A stretch of DNA of 64,000 bases from Desulfatiglandales bacterium (GCA_963666345.1 OY762721.1:1056001-1120000); one strand, 5' to 3'. Counted from the stretch's first letter, positions 47,709-59,008 are shown. Program-made: numbers and translations. The notes: generated by a model not told the origin, from the sequence alone.

Positions 47709-48425
47709 ATGTTCACACCTCTTCATCACAAAAAGTTCTCTGACGAGATAACTGAACAGATAATTGGATTGATAAAAAAGGGGGAATTGAGTCCAGGGGA
47801 CAATCTTCCTTCTGAGAGGCAGATGTGCGAAAGCCTTGGTGTAAGTCGACCCCCTCTGCGAGAGGCGCTCAAGACACTGGAGGTGATGGGATTCGTAGAC
47901 ATTCAACAGCGCCGCAAGATAATGGTAAAATCGATTACCACCAATCCCACCCTCTACGACCCTCTCAGCAAGGCCCTGGAAAACGATCAACAAATGGTAT
48001 TTCAACTTCTTGAATTTAGAAGGATACTGGAATCATGGGCCGTTTCAAGATTAACTCAGACAGCGGGCCCTAAAGAAATAAAACAACTCGAAAAACTTTA
48101 TGGTGAATTAAGGAAGGATTTTGAAACAAATCAACTTGGAGTGGATGCAGACGTCAAATTTCATCTGGCCATCTGCAATGCCGCAGGCAACACCATTGTA
48201 TCGCACATAGCGCACACATCCTTCAAACTGCTTAGAGAATCTCAGAAATTGACACGTCAGGTCATTTATAAGGACGAAAAAAACAGGAGAAGCCTCCTTG
48301 AAAAGCATCGAGCGATTCTTGAGGCGATAAAGGCAAAAAACAGCAAAAAGGCGAAAGCCGCCCTGATATCTCACTTCAATTTTGCAGAGCGGCAATTGAA
48401 AAAATGGATGGCATCTCAGGAGTAG
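47709..48425 (+). CDS. GntR/FadR-family transcriptional regulator
   Basis: LPSER..C..LGVSRPPLREAL wHTH; FCD domain with D.KFH..I..AAGN. Confidence 0.92.
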   Translation: MFTPLHHKKFSDEITEQIIGLIKKGELSPGDNLPSERQMCESLGVSRPPLREALKTLEVMGFVDIQQRRKIMVKSITTNPTLYDPLSKALENDQQMVFQLLEFRRILESWAVSRLTQTAGPKEIKQLEKLYGELRKDFETNQLGVDADVKFHLAICNAAGNTIVSHIAHTSFKLLRESQKLTRQVIYKDEKNRRSLLEKHRAILEAIKAKNSKKAKAALISHFNFAERQLKKWMASQE

Positions 48426-48426
48426 T

Positions 48427-48741
48427 TCAGTTTATATTAAGGCCTTCCTTCCAACCCGCCTTAAGATAATATTTCCCCTGGGAGCTTACTATGACGATTC
48501 CCGCCTGGATCAGATATTCAAGAGCCTTCGGCCGGTAGTCTCTAAGGCCAACGTTAAAAGCCTTTTTCTGAACATAAGGAAGCTCTACCGCATTTACAGA
48601 GTCAAGGGCCTCACGGTTTTCAAGGTCCTTAAGTATAAATTTGCAGGCATTCTTGATCTTCCAGCCCATGACAAACCTGCTCAGAATAAACACCCCCACC
48701 AGCAGTATCAAACCGCATATTATCTGTAGAGCCTCATTCAT
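48427..48741 (-). CDS. Hypothetical protein with an N-terminal TM anchor
   Basis: 104 aa; 4-nt overlap with the upstream ATPase gene. Confidence 0.7.
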   Translation of the reverse strand: MNEALQIICGLILLVGVFILSRFVMGWKIKNACKFILKDLENREALDSVNAVELPYVQKKAFNVGLRDYRPKALEYLIQAGIVIVSSQGKYYLKAGWKEGLNIN

Positions 48742-49445
48742 TGGGAAAACCTGTCCAATGCCAGAAACGTATTCGGATCAAGCCTTACGCTGACATCAGG
48801 GATGGATGGATTATCGTGGTCTTTCAGCAGCTTCAGGTAGACACCGCTCACATCGGGCTGGAGCTGCAAAATAAGGCTGAAAAGGTCATCCAGTTTGTCA
48901 CAGGGATAAGGGATACCTCTTTCATTTACCTCCGATATATGACGATGAGAAAGCGCTGAAAACCATATCTCAATTTGGAAATCCTCTGCGATCTTCTTCA
49001 TTGCCAAAAAAAGCTCTTTTTCCGTATTCTCAAAGTCCAAGCCGTCAAAGATGATGGCATTGGGTTTGAAATCAAGCTTTTCCGCAAGGTTCTGCAGATT
49101 CTTACGCAGTCGCGCCGGCTCAAAACTTCCATGAAGGTAGGACAAAATCATTCTGTTCTTTTCAATAAGGATTCGGGATTCATTTTCGTCTGAAATATCC
49201 AGAGCCTTCAGGAGTTCGTAAAAGATGACATTGTAATAGGACATCACCTTCTCCGGCCCCTCTTCGACTGAGACATGTACCAGTTTTTCCTGATGGTAGA
49301 GCTTGTCGAAGGCTATATGAATCAGACACGCTGTCTTGCCTACACCCGCCCGTGCTATCAACACACCCAGATTTCCGGCTCCGAGGGATCTGCGGGACGA
49401 TTTTTCCAGTATTCTCAATGGGCTGACTGAAATAAAATTTTTCAT
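48738..49445 (-). CDS. RecA/KaiC-like P-loop protein, unknown function
   Basis: Walker [15 protein letters not shown], Walker B IIFDG; 4-nt overlap with fusA. Confidence 0.75.
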   Translation of the reverse strand: MKNFISVSPLRILEKSSRRSLGAGNLGVLIARAGVGKTACLIHIAFDKLYHQEKLVHVSVEEGPEKVMSYYNVIFYELLKALDISDENESRILIEKNRMILSYLHGSFEPARLRKNLQNLAEKLDFKPNAIIFDGLDFENTEKELFLAMKKIAEDFQIEIWFSALSHRHISEVNERGIPYPCDKLDDLFSLILQLQPDVSGVYLKLLKDHDNPSIPDVSVRLDPNTFLALDRFSQ

Positions 49446-51529
49446 TTTTTATCTCCCTTTTCTTTTTCCCTTATACTATTTTTTATCCCCTCTGCCAAGG
49501 CTTCCGGGACCTTGGAATATTTCGAAAACTCCATTGTAAATTCCGCCTTTCCCTGAGTTAGGGATCTAAGGTTGGTTGCGTAACCGAACATTTCCGCCAG
49601 AGGAACCTCCGCCTCTACCGTGGTAAAGGCGCCATCTTCCACGGCACTTGTTATTAGACCTCTTCTCTGATTTATGGAAGCCATCACATTCCCCTGAAAT
49701 TCTGTCGGTCCCTCCACCGAAACTTTCATTACAGGCTCCAGGATGACAGGTTTTGCCTTCATGTAGGCCTGCTTGAAGGCCCCTATGGCCGCCTGCATAA
49801 AGGCCATTTCGGATGAATCCACACTGTGACTCTTTCCGTCATTTATCGTTATATCCATACCGACTACAGGGAAACTGAGCAGTTGCCCTTTTTCAAGACA
49901 CGATTTAAAGCCCTTGTCCACCGCCGGGATATATTCGGTGGGAATAGCGCCTCCCTTTATCTGGTTCACAAGGTGGTAGGTCTCATCCTCGGAAGGTGCC
50001 ATAAAACCGCAGACCCTTCCGAACTGGCCGGAACCGCCTGTCTGTTTCTTGTGGGTGTAATCAAACTCCGCCATTCTGGTAATTGCCTCTCTGTAGGCTA
50101 CCTGAGGAATTCCCGTCACCACGTCGGCATCAAACTCCCTCCTCATTCTTTCCACGTAAACATCGAGATGCAGCTCTCCCATTCCTGAGATTATGGTTTC
50201 ACCCGACTCCTCATCAACGTAAGTTCTGAATGTGGGGTCCTCCTTTGTGAAACGGTTTAGCGCCTTTGACATGTTGTTCTGGGCCTTGTTGTCCGAAGGG
50301 GTTACCGTAAGAGAAATCACCGGCTCCGGCACGAACATGGTTGACATGCTGTAGTTCAGCTTCCCGTTGGCAAAAGTGTCCCCTGAATAGCAGTCAATCC
50401 CGAACAGGGCTATGATATCACCAGCCGTAGCCTTTGCTATATCCTCCATCTCGTCGGCATGCATCTTGACAAGACGGCCCACCTTGATCTTTTTTCTGTT
50501 TCTCGTTATAAAAAGGTCATCTCCCTTTGAAATGGAGCCCTGGTATATTCGCATGTAGGTAAGCTGACCGTAGGGCGTTACCTCAAGCTTGAAGGCCAGC
50601 GCCACACAGGGTAGTTCAGGATCGGCCTTCAGCAGGACCTCTTCTTCCGCGTTATCTATGTCAAGGGCGATACTGCTGACCTCATCCGGTGAAGGAAGAT
50701 AGGTGTTTACCGCATCAAGAACAAGTTGAACCCCTACGTTCTTGTATGCCGAGCCGAGGAATACCGGCGTCATTTGTCTGGAAAGGGTCCCCTTTCTTAC
50801 CGCGTCCATAATCATCTCATCGGTGACGCTTTCCGCGAAAATCGCCTCCATCAGTTCATCGGAAAACATGGAAGCTGCGTCAAGGAGCTCCTCCCTTTTG
50901 GCCTTAGCCTCATCAAGGAGATCGGAAGGGATTTCATCCGTCCTTATATCCTGCCCGCTTTGACCTTCAAAGTAATTGGCCTTCATGGTAACCAGATCCA
51001 CGACTCCATTGAACTCACTTTCAAGACCTATCGGAATCTGCATGAGCACCGCATTGTGTTTAAGTTTTTCCCGCAGTTGCTTAGCCACCTTGTATGGATC
51101 GGCTCCCGATCGATCACACTTATTTATAAATGCTATCCTGGGGACCTTATAGCGATTCATCTGACGATCCACGGTGATCGACTGCGATTGAACACCCCCG
51201 ACCGAGCAAAGGATAAGGATCGCGCCATCCATTACTCTCAGTGCCCTTTCCACTTCAATGGTAAAGTCGACGTGTCCCGGGGTATCGATGATATTGATCT
51301 TGTTTCCCTTCCATTCACATTGAGTGGCAGCCGAGGCAATGGTAATGCCTCTTTCCTTCTCAAGCTCCATAGAGTCCATCGTGGCTCCCACACCGTCCTT
51401 ACCTCTTACCTCATGGATCGCGAATATCCTGTTGGTATAAAAGAGTATCCTTTCGGTAAGGGTCGTCTTACCCGAATCTATGTGTGCGCTTATACCTATA
51501 TTTCTTAATTTCCGTATCTCAGTTGACAT
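49442..51529 (-). CDS. fusA: Elongation factor G (stand-alone, spdEFG1/mtEFG1-like)
   Basis: [30 protein letters not shown] and KQTGGSGQF motifs. Start trimmed to MSTEIRK. Confidence 0.95.
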   Translation of the reverse strand: MSTEIRKLRNIGISAHIDSGKTTLTERILFYTNRIFAIHEVRGKDGVGATMDSMELEKERGITIASAATQCEWKGNKINIIDTPGHVDFTIEVERALRVMDGAILILCSVGGVQSQSITVDRQMNRYKVPRIAFINKCDRSGADPYKVAKQLREKLKHNAVLMQIPIGLESEFNGVVDLVTMKANYFEGQSGQDIRTDEIPSDLLDEAKAKREELLDAASMFSDELMEAIFAESVTDEMIMDAVRKGTLSRQMTPVFLGSAYKNVGVQLVLDAVNTYLPSPDEVSSIALDIDNAEEEVLLKADPELPCVALAFKLEVTPYGQLTYMRIYQGSISKGDDLFITRNRKKIKVGRLVKMHADEMEDIAKATAGDIIALFGIDCYSGDTFANGKLNYSMSTMFVPEPVISLTVTPSDNKAQNNMSKALNRFTKEDPTFRTYVDEESGETIISGMGELHLDVYVERMRREFDADVVTGIPQVAYREAITRMAEFDYTHKKQTGGSGQFGRVCGFMAPSEDETYHLVNQIKGGAIPTEYIPAVDKGFKSCLEKGQLLSFPVVGMDITINDGKSHSVDSSEMAFMQAAIGAFKQAYMKAKPVILEPVMKVSVEGPTEFQGNVMASINQRRGLITSAVEDGAFTTVEAEVPLAEMFGYATNLRSLTQGKAEFTMEFSKYSKVPEALAEGIKNSIREKEKGDKK

Positions 51530-51888
51530 CTCAAGACCTCTAAAAAATAGACTGAAAAGTAAACGGCCCAGAGGACCGTTGATTCGCCCCTGAAAGGGGC
51601 CAGTTTGCCATACCGGTATTAAGGACGCCCCCGGTTCCCGTATCAAAAGGATCGCGCCTGTACCGACTACAGGCATCTATCTCATCAGCTGAAAACGCCG
51701 AATGGTCATTAATGGCAAAGATCCCGGGCGAATTTTCCGGAAAAAAGAACTCCCTGTTCCGTAGGCCGGTAGACTAGAGATAGTAAAAAAATGCGATCTT
51801 GCTGTTTTCTAAAAAAATGTAAAGAGATATTATAATACCAAAAACAACTCGCGCAACCCCGTAATTAAAAAAACCATGCACACTTATC

Positions 51889-51918
51889 AAAAAAAACCGG
51901 GCCTGCCCAGGCAGGCCC
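51889..51918 (-). terminator. Intrinsic terminator of the beta-oxidation operon
   Basis: Minus strand GGGCCTGC-CTGG-GCAGGCCC-GG-T8. Confidence 0.8.
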
Positions 51919-51949
51919 TTCTCATGCCATTAGGATATCAAGATGACAT

Positions 51950-53734
51950 TCAGAATGGATATGTTTCAAGTTCAATCACCCTGTCTGCGATATCTCTTTT
52001 AAGGCTCACCGTGTCTATCGGTTGGTAACGGGCAAGCTTTTTCACTCCCGCCAGCTGGGTGCGGAGCATATCTCCCTGCTCGACATAAGCTATGACCTGT
52101 TTCGCCCACATCTCAATTTTCGGAATAACATCATCCACATAGACCTTCACGGCTGCAATCTGATAAGAACTCCTCTCCTCCCCCTGCCCCTGTATGAGCT
52201 TAACGGTCCTTAAAAGCCCGCTTTCCATCGCAAATATCTCCAGTACCATATCCGCTATCTTTGCCAGCACCTCCTGCTCCTTTGCCAGGTCCTGCTGAAA
52301 TTTCTGGGCCGCGACCCCGGCAACCATAAGAGCCAGTTTTTTGCTCATCCTGAGCATATGTTCCTGAAGGGCAAGAGGTGTATCAGGGAGCTGGACGGAC
52401 ATTGGAGAATAACTCATGAGTTCCTTTGTTATGGACTGCGCGGCCGCGAGCAGATTGAGTCGACCCTGCATGGCCCTTCTCATCATGGTACCTGGTATAA
52501 GCATCCTGTTTATCTCGTTTGTACCTTCCCAGATGCGATTTATCCTGGCATCCCTGTAATACCTTTCTGCCGGATATTCCGAACAAAAGCCGTACCCCCC
52601 GAGAGTCTGGACATATTCATCCACGCACAGATCAAGGGTCTCGGAGCCGTACACCTTTGTTATGGAGCATTCGGGAGCGTACTCCTCGATCGCCTTTGCG
52701 TTTTCAGCCCCGCTCTTTTTGGCCTCCGCATCAAGGGTTCCCAGTTTGTCGTCAAACATACCCGCAAGCCTGTACATCATGCTTTCGCTCATGAAGGTGC
52801 GTACGGTCATATCGGCCAGTTTTGTCTTTATCATCCCGAAGGAGCTTATAGGAACCTTGAACTGGATACGCCCGTTTGCATACCTTACCGATCCTTCTAT
52901 GCATTTTTTGCATCCGCCCACGGTCATAGCACCCAGTTTCCATCTGCCGATATTTAGTATATTGAATGCTATCTTATGGCCTTTACCGATCTCAAACATA
53001 AGATTTTCAGCAGGCACCCTGGCATCTTCCAGGATCAGAGGCCTGGTAGAGGAGCCATGAACGCCCATCTTTTTTTCCTCGGCCCCGGTTGAAACACCGG
53101 GAAAATCTTTTTCCACGATAAATCCGGTGAAATGTTCACCGTCGACCTTTGCGTACAGGATAAAACTGCTGGCCCAGCCTGCGTTGGTTATGAACATCTT
53201 TTCACCGTTCAGGATATAATATTTTCCGTCTTCGGAAAGCACCGCCTTTGTCTTGGCGTTCAGGGCGTCGGTACCTGCACCCGATTCAGTGAGGCAGTAA
53301 GAACCGCACCACTCACCTGAGGCAAGCTTCGGTAGATATTTTTTCTTCTGCTCCTCATTTCCGAAATATACTATAGGAAGGGTCGCGATGCCCGTATGTG
53401 CCCCATGAACGACCGCAAAGGGGCCTGCACTGCCGATCGCCTCACCCACCACGGTGGTACTGACCTTGTCAAGACCCAGTCCTCCGTATTCTTCAGGCAC
53501 ATCCGTTCCCAAAAGACCCAGTTCACCCGCCTTGGCGACCAGGGCTAAGACCAGATCATGGTCTTTTTCCTCAAGTCTGTCGATATTGGGGTCCACCTCC
53601 TTTTCGACAAAATCCCTTGCAGTCTGATAGATCATTCTATGTTCTTCGGTAAAATCCTCGGGAGTGAAGATATCCTCCGGAGCCACATCGGTAATAAGGA
53701 ACTCGCCTCCTGCGAAAACTTTTCTGTCAGCCAT
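51950..53734 (-). CDS. fadE: Acyl-CoA dehydrogenase (long, Bacillus FadE-like)
   Basis: YCLTESGAGTDA, NGEKMFITN, GGYGF and RIWEGTNEINR motifs. Start trimmed to MADRKVF. Confidence 0.9.
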   Translation of the reverse strand: MADRKVFAGGEFLITDVAPEDIFTPEDFTEEHRMIYQTARDFVEKEVDPNIDRLEEKDHDLVLALVAKAGELGLLGTDVPEEYGGLGLDKVSTTVVGEAIGSAGPFAVVHGAHTGIATLPIVYFGNEEQKKKYLPKLASGEWCGSYCLTESGAGTDALNAKTKAVLSEDGKYYILNGEKMFITNAGWASSFILYAKVDGEHFTGFIVEKDFPGVSTGAEEKKMGVHGSSTRPLILEDARVPAENLMFEIGKGHKIAFNILNIGRWKLGAMTVGGCKKCIEGSVRYANGRIQFKVPISSFGMIKTKLADMTVRTFMSESMMYRLAGMFDDKLGTLDAEAKKSGAENAKAIEEYAPECSITKVYGSETLDLCVDEYVQTLGGYGFCSEYPAERYYRDARINRIWEGTNEINRMLIPGTMMRRAMQGRLNLLAAAQSITKELMSYSPMSVQLPDTPLALQEHMLRMSKKLALMVAGVAAQKFQQDLAKEQEVLAKIADMVLEIFAMESGLLRTVKLIQGQGEERSSYQIAAVKVYVDDVIPKIEMWAKQVIAYVEQGDMLRTQLAGVKKLARYQPIDTVSLKRDIADRVIELETYPF

Positions 53735-53771
53735 CTTTCCGCTCCTTTCCTGCGAATTTATACCTGTTGTG

Positions 53772-54956
53772 TTAGTAATTCTCAATCTCAAAGATGGCGG
53801 CAGCCCCCATTCCAAAGCCGATACACATGGAAACGAGTCCCCACCTGAGACCCCTGTCCTGCATCTCGTATATGAGTTGAGTGGTCAGCTTTGCCCCGGT
53901 ACAACCCAGGGGGTGCCCCAATGCAATGGCCCCGCCGTTTACATTGGTAATCTCCTCGTCTATTCCAAGTTCTCTGATGCAGTAAATGGCCTGGGCAGCG
54001 AACGCCTCGTTAAGTTCGATAAGCTCCATATCCTCAAGACGCATGCCTGCCAGCTTCAGCACCTTGGGTATGGCCACCCTGGGACCCACCCCCATGTACT
54101 CAGGTTCACACCCTTCGACAGCATGATACCTGAATGTGGCCATCGGCTTAAGACCCAGTTCTTTTGCCTTTTCCTTTGACATCAATACCACCCCTGCCGC
54201 GGCATCGCTTGTCTGCGAGGAATTCCCCGCCGTCACGCTCCCGTTCGGTTTAAACGCCGGCCTGATAACGGAGATGCTCTCCTTTGTGGTTCCCGGGCGC
54301 ACACCCTCGTCCGTATCAAAGACGACCTCTTCGAATTCGAATCTGCCGTTCGGAAGCTTTTTCTGCTTTTTCACCGTAAGAGGTACTATCTGGCTCTTGA
54401 ATCTTCCCGCCTTTATCGCGGCCTCGGCCCGCTGCTGGCTTTTAGCTCCGAACTCGTCCTGCTCATCTCTTCCTATGCCGAATCTTTCAGCCACGTTTTC
54501 AGCCGTAAGCCCCATTCCGCTGAAGGCACCCGGGCGCATATCCACAAGGGCGGGATTGGGATACATCATGCTTCCTCCCATAGGTATCTGACTCATGTTT
54601 TCCACACCACCCGCGACCACGATATCGGAAAAACCGCACATGATCTTCTCAGCCCCTATGGCTATCGACTGAAGTCCTGATGAGCAGAACCTGTTCACCG
54701 TCATTCCGGGGACACGATCGGGCCACCCCATGGACATTACCAGCACCCGGCCCAGGTTGAGCCCCTGGGTCGCCTCCGGAAAAGTGCACCCGATTATGAC
54801 ATCGTCGATCAGGCCGGGATCAAGATCACCTGCCCTTTTGATAAGATCCCCCAGTACCGCACAACCCATATGTTCCGGGCGGGTATCCTTTAGAATTCCA
54901 CGAGGCGCCTTTCCGACCGCCGTTCTGCAGGCAGCAACAACCACGGCTTCTCTCAT
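53772..54956 (-). CDS. fadA: Acetyl-CoA C-acyltransferase (thiolase)
   Basis: NRFCSSG, NEAFA, GHPLG and MCIGFG motifs. Start at MREAVV after GGAGG. Confidence 0.92.
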   Translation of the reverse strand: MREAVVVAACRTAVGKAPRGILKDTRPEHMGCAVLGDLIKRAGDLDPGLIDDVIIGCTFPEATQGLNLGRVLVMSMGWPDRVPGMTVNRFCSSGLQSIAIGAEKIMCGFSDIVVAGGVENMSQIPMGGSMMYPNPALVDMRPGAFSGMGLTAENVAERFGIGRDEQDEFGAKSQQRAEAAIKAGRFKSQIVPLTVKKQKKLPNGRFEFEEVVFDTDEGVRPGTTKESISVIRPAFKPNGSVTAGNSSQTSDAAAGVVLMSKEKAKELGLKPMATFRYHAVEGCEPEYMGVGPRVAIPKVLKLAGMRLEDMELIELNEAFAAQAIYCIRELGIDEEITNVNGGAIALGHPLGCTGAKLTTQLIYEMQDRGLRWGLVSMCIGFGMGAAAIFEIENY

Positions 54957-55012
54957 GATATTTTCCTCCATAGATAGGTTATGATAAAAGCGACCTTTTC
55001 ACCGGATCGGGC

Positions 55013-57445
55013 CTAGTTTCTGAGGGGCTTGCCTGTGTTGAGCATATGCTGAATTCTGGCCTGGGTCATCGGATGCCCGCACAGACTCAAAAAAGCCTCC
55101 CTTTCAAGATCCAGCAGGTACTGCTCGCTTACCAGGGTATCTGCCAGGACATTTCCTCCGCAAAGCACATAGCCGACCTTTTCAGAAACGGTCACGTCAT
55201 GATCTGTAATGTACCCCGAGGTATGCATGGTCCAGAGCCCCAGCTTCATCATGGCAAAGTTGTTCTCCCCTGCCACTCGGATCTCCTTTTTAGGGCGGGG
55301 AGGGCTATAACCCTCCAGGTTCATGGCAAGGACCGTCTTTTTGGCATCCCCGATCAGATAATCCCGATTTACGGTCATCTTGTCGGCAGGCCTCAAATAA
55401 CCGAGCTTTATCGCCTCAGGCCCGGAGGTCGCCACCTTGGCCATGGCGATTGTCTCAAAGGCCCTGGCAATATATGGCATCAATTCGATCTGTTTGGGAT
55501 AAAGTCCGCCTCTCGGTACCTCGAAGAGATGTTCCGTATTTCTTATAAGCAGCTCTTTTGTTCCGCCTCCTGCAGGGATAAGACCTACACCGACCTCAAC
55601 CAGCCCCATATATGTCTCGGCCGCGAAACGGACCCTGTCCGAGGCGAGACATATTTCACAGCCTCCTCCCAGCGCCATTCCGGCCGGGGCCGCGACAACC
55701 GGCTTTTCAAGGTATTTTAGCTTCATAAACGAATCCTGGAAGGTCTTGATCATCCAGTCAAGATCATCCCATTCCTCTTCCTGAGCCGTAAAAAGTACCA
55801 GGGGAAGATTTGCACCCACTGAAAAATTTGTACCATGATTTGAGATTACCAGACCTTCGAAATCTCTTGCTACGATGTCCGCTGATTTGAGTACCATATT
55901 CACGATATCATCGCCTATGGCGTTCATCTTGGTATGGAATTCCAGGCAGGCCACCCCGTCATCAAGATCTATAAGAGACGCACCTGTATTCGAATCGATG
56001 ACCTTCTGCCTCTCTTTGAGAGAGGGAAGAAGAATGATCCCCGGAACGGGAGGGATCTCACGGTAATCCTTTGAGTCTTTGTCGTAAAAATAGAGTGCCC
56101 CTTTCTTTTTCATATAAAACGAGTCGTTTCCGCTCTCAAGCATCTGCTCGACCCATCCGGGGATCTCATAGCCCGCCTCTTTCATCCCGGCAACAGACTC
56201 ACCCACCCCGAGGGCATCCCAGATCTCAAAAGGACCTAACTTCCATGCAAACCCCCACTTCATGGCATTATCTATATTGACGATGTCGTCAGCGATTTCA
56301 GGGATACGGTTGGCCGAATAGATCATCATCTCGGATAACTGTCTGAAGGTGAAAAGTCCTGCCTCATCCTTGGCATAATAGAGGGCCTTGATCTTCGGCT
56401 CTGTCCCCGACATTGTCTTTGCCGACTCAAGCGAGGCGAATCTGGTTTTTTTCCGGTCACTATATTCAAGAGTATCACTATCTATAGACAGGATAACCCT
56501 GTTTCCCTCATCGTCCTTGCTCTTTTTATAGAATCCTTTTTTTGTCTTTTCCCCCAAAAGCCCCTTTGAGATCATCCGGGAAACAAAGTCAGGAACCTTG
56601 AACAGTTCCCTTTTTTCGTCGTCAACCGCCCCTTCATATACATTCTCAGCCACATGGACCAGGGTGTCCAGCCCCACCAGGTCAGAGGTCCTGAAAGATG
56701 CACTTTTCGGATGCCCTATTACGGGTCCGGTCAGTTTATCCACAGCCTCAACGGTAAGCCCCATCTCCTCCATCGCCCTCATGATGTAAAGGACATTGAA
56801 GACGCCTATACGGTTTGCCACGAAATTGGGGGTATCCTTTCCATAGACTATGCCTTTTCCAAGCACCCTCTCGCAGGTCCGTGCAAGCAACTCTATTACC
56901 TCCGGCAGTGCGTCCGGTCCCGGAACGATCTCCAGGAGTTTCATATATCTTGGGGGATTAAAAAAATGGGTGATTGCGAAATGTCTTCGAAAGGTCTCAG
57001 ACCTGCCCTCGCACATTGCAGCTGATGAAATACCGGAAGTGTTTGAACTGATGACGGTACCGGGGGTAAGCACGCCTTCTATCTTTTCAAAAACCTTTTT
57101 CTTTATATCAATCCTTTCCACCACCACTTCGATTATCCAGTCCACGCTGCTGAGCCGGTCCAGATTATCCTCCATATTGCCTATGGTGATCATATCGGAG
57201 TTTTCAGGCAGATAGAAGGAGGCTGGTTTTGATTTAAGCGCTGCCTTGAGGCCGTTGGCCGCCAGTCTGTCCCTGAACCTTTTGCTCTCATCTGTGATAC
57301 CCTTTTTTTGATCCTCTTCGGTAAGGGCAGGCGGGACAATATCAAGGAGAAACGTATCGATACCCACATTTGCCAGCTGAGCCGCAATTGTGGCGCCCAT
57401 AACCCCTGCGCCCACGACTCCGGCCCTCTTTATTATCTTCTCCAT
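55013..57445 (-). CDS. fadN: 3-hydroxyacyl-CoA dehydrogenase/enoyl-CoA hydratase fusion (FadN-type)
   Basis: GAGVMG, SNTSG and HFFNPP, then crotonase domain FSVGAN and GGGCE, and terminal GKPLRN. Confidence 0.9.
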   Translation of the reverse strand: MEKIIKRAGVVGAGVMGATIAAQLANVGIDTFLLDIVPPALTEEDQKKGITDESKRFRDRLAANGLKAALKSKPASFYLPENSDMITIGNMEDNLDRLSSVDWIIEVVVERIDIKKKVFEKIEGVLTPGTVISSNTSGISSAAMCEGRSETFRRHFAITHFFNPPRYMKLLEIVPGPDALPEVIELLARTCERVLGKGIVYGKDTPNFVANRIGVFNVLYIMRAMEEMGLTVEAVDKLTGPVIGHPKSASFRTSDLVGLDTLVHVAENVYEGAVDDEKRELFKVPDFVSRMISKGLLGEKTKKGFYKKSKDDEGNRVILSIDSDTLEYSDRKKTRFASLESAKTMSGTEPKIKALYYAKDEAGLFTFRQLSEMMIYSANRIPEIADDIVNIDNAMKWGFAWKLGPFEIWDALGVGESVAGMKEAGYEIPGWVEQMLESGNDSFYMKKKGALYFYDKDSKDYREIPPVPGIILLPSLKERQKVIDSNTGASLIDLDDGVACLEFHTKMNAIGDDIVNMVLKSADIVARDFEGLVISNHGTNFSVGANLPLVLFTAQEEEWDDLDWMIKTFQDSFMKLKYLEKPVVAAPAGMALGGGCEICLASDRVRFAAETYMGLVEVGVGLIPAGGGTKELLIRNTEHLFEVPRGGLYPKQIELMPYIARAFETIAMAKVATSGPEAIKLGYLRPADKMTVNRDYLIGDAKKTVLAMNLEGYSPPRPKKEIRVAGENNFAMMKLGLWTMHTSGYITDHDVTVSEKVGYVLCGGNVLADTLVSEQYLLDLEREAFLSLCGHPMTQARIQHMLNTGKPLRN

Positions 57446-57647
57446 TAACAAACCTCCTTCCTGTAATAATCTGTGTGGTCCAAGGCACATCTATTTCATT
57501 ATGGGAACCCTGCTCCTCTTATCCTGGCTGAATAATACCCCTGTCCGAACAGATCGCTATAAATACCTGATATTTCAGATGGCTAAAATCATTGAACTGC
57601 TTCGCTTCGCACCGCTCCTTTGGGTCGGGCAGGAAATTTTTCAAAAC

Positions 57648-57667
57648 ATGAATGACATTTCATTCAT
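57648..57667. promoter_or_regulatory. TetR-type FadR (YsiA)-like operator
   Basis: ATGAATGA-CATT-TCATTCAT palindrome upstream of fadN. Confidence 0.7.
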
Positions 57668-58082
57668 TTTTTTTGAACTTAAAGCTCCGAAACGCCGATC
57701 TGATTCGGTTCTTTTAAATGGAGATAAAGGGAACAATTTTCCACCCGGAACTCTTACCCGGATGACAAGGCCTGCGTGAAGTCATCAACAACCGCTCAAA
57801 AGTCTTCCTAAACCACCGGTCTGACAGCCTTCAGTTGAAAACCGAGAAACTCCACAGATTTTTTTTGAATCAGCAGGAAAAGCACCTTTAAGATTCCAGT
57901 TTCAGCATTCGCAGCATTCTGGATATATAATTACGGTTGGAAAGGTCGGATGAATTAACTGAAATCCACATATAACTTGTTGAATTGAAGGATACCTCAT
58001 GTTGAGTTTGTTTTCAATCCATATTTTTATTTGCAATGAAATATTTTACTAAACGGCCCTTAAAACTGAATATCATAAAGCA

Positions 58083-58100
58083 TTAATGATATATCATTAA
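58083..58100. promoter_or_regulatory. Second related operator-like palindrome
   Basis: Perfect 18-bp palindrome TTAATGATATATCATTAA. Confidence 0.5.
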
Positions 58101-58164
58101 CATTTATTCAAACATGGAAACCCTGCTCCTCTGAGCCAGGTCAGAACGAGATGGCGCTGGCTGA

Positions 58165-58274
58165 AGAAATCGAAGATATCAGGATGCAGCTTCAGCCATC
58201 AGCATTCAGCTTAATGACCTGTTTCTTCATCTCTTTTGCTTACAGCCGATAGCCGAGCGACCACGGCGCGAATC
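58165..58274. repeat. Dispersed intergenic repeat of about 100 bp, copy 2 (partner 42665-42767)
   Basis: See copy 1. Confidence 0.8.
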
Positions 58275-58421
58275 AGGTAACGGGAGAAAAGCCCCTGCTG
58301 CCGAAGGCCCGGCTAAAAAGGGTGAAAGGCCACGATTACCACCAATCCTGTTCACCGGTTTAATCGGATTGATTAATCAGCAAAAAACGACGGCCTATCA
58401 ACATATTTCAGATGAGGTCTT

Positions 58422-58766
58422 TCAAAGTCTTTCTGTTTCCACCGGTACCGGAGCTGACACGCCGATAAACACGAAGCGATCATTTCCGATGTTTCGCATA
58501 CCATGGACCTGCCCCGCACCTGCAAGCACCGCCATCCCTTTTTTGATAGTATAATGCACCCCGTCACCGGCAAAATAGGTCCCTGATTCACCTTCGATAC
58601 AAATCCATACATCATCAGCGTTTGGATGCTGGTGAAGAAACACCTCCTGCCCAGGTTCAAGGCACCACATGGCCGCGGATGTCTTTTCCGTCTCGTAGAC
58701 CTTTATCTTTTGCGGCTCATTGCCGAATTCGGCCGTTTCAAAGAGATCAAACAAACGTTCTTCCAT
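58422..58766 (-). CDS. Cupin domain protein
   Basis: LEPGQ...HQHP and HGMRN cupin motifs; GGAGG SD. Confidence 0.85.
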   Translation of the reverse strand: MEERLFDLFETAEFGNEPQKIKVYETEKTSAAMWCLEPGQEVFLHQHPNADDVWICIEGESGTYFAGDGVHYTIKKGMAVLAGAGQVHGMRNIGNDRFVFIGVSAPVPVETERL

Positions 58767-59008
58767 TATTACCTCCAGATATTGATGTATTCGTAGAAAG
58801 TCAACCCGGGCCGCATGCTAGAAGCTCTCCCGCCGAGACGGGACAATGCCTGTTCTTCCGGCAATCCGCCCCCCAGAATTCCGAAGGGTGGGACTGAGCG
58901 TAGCGAAGAAAATCAAGGAATTATGCTAAGACGTACCGCAGTACGCCTTCTCAAGTCATCCCGCAGATAGATGCCGGGATTGCGAAAACATTTATTTCCA
59001 AATGGAAA

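Noticed and set aside
49442..51676. ORF-track N-terminal extensions (fusA 744 aa; likewise 4495-5271, 17281-18516, 51950-53815, 55013-57490)
   Set aside because: Downstream ATGs with SD sequences match the family N-termini, and the extensions run through regulatory or neighbouring sequence.
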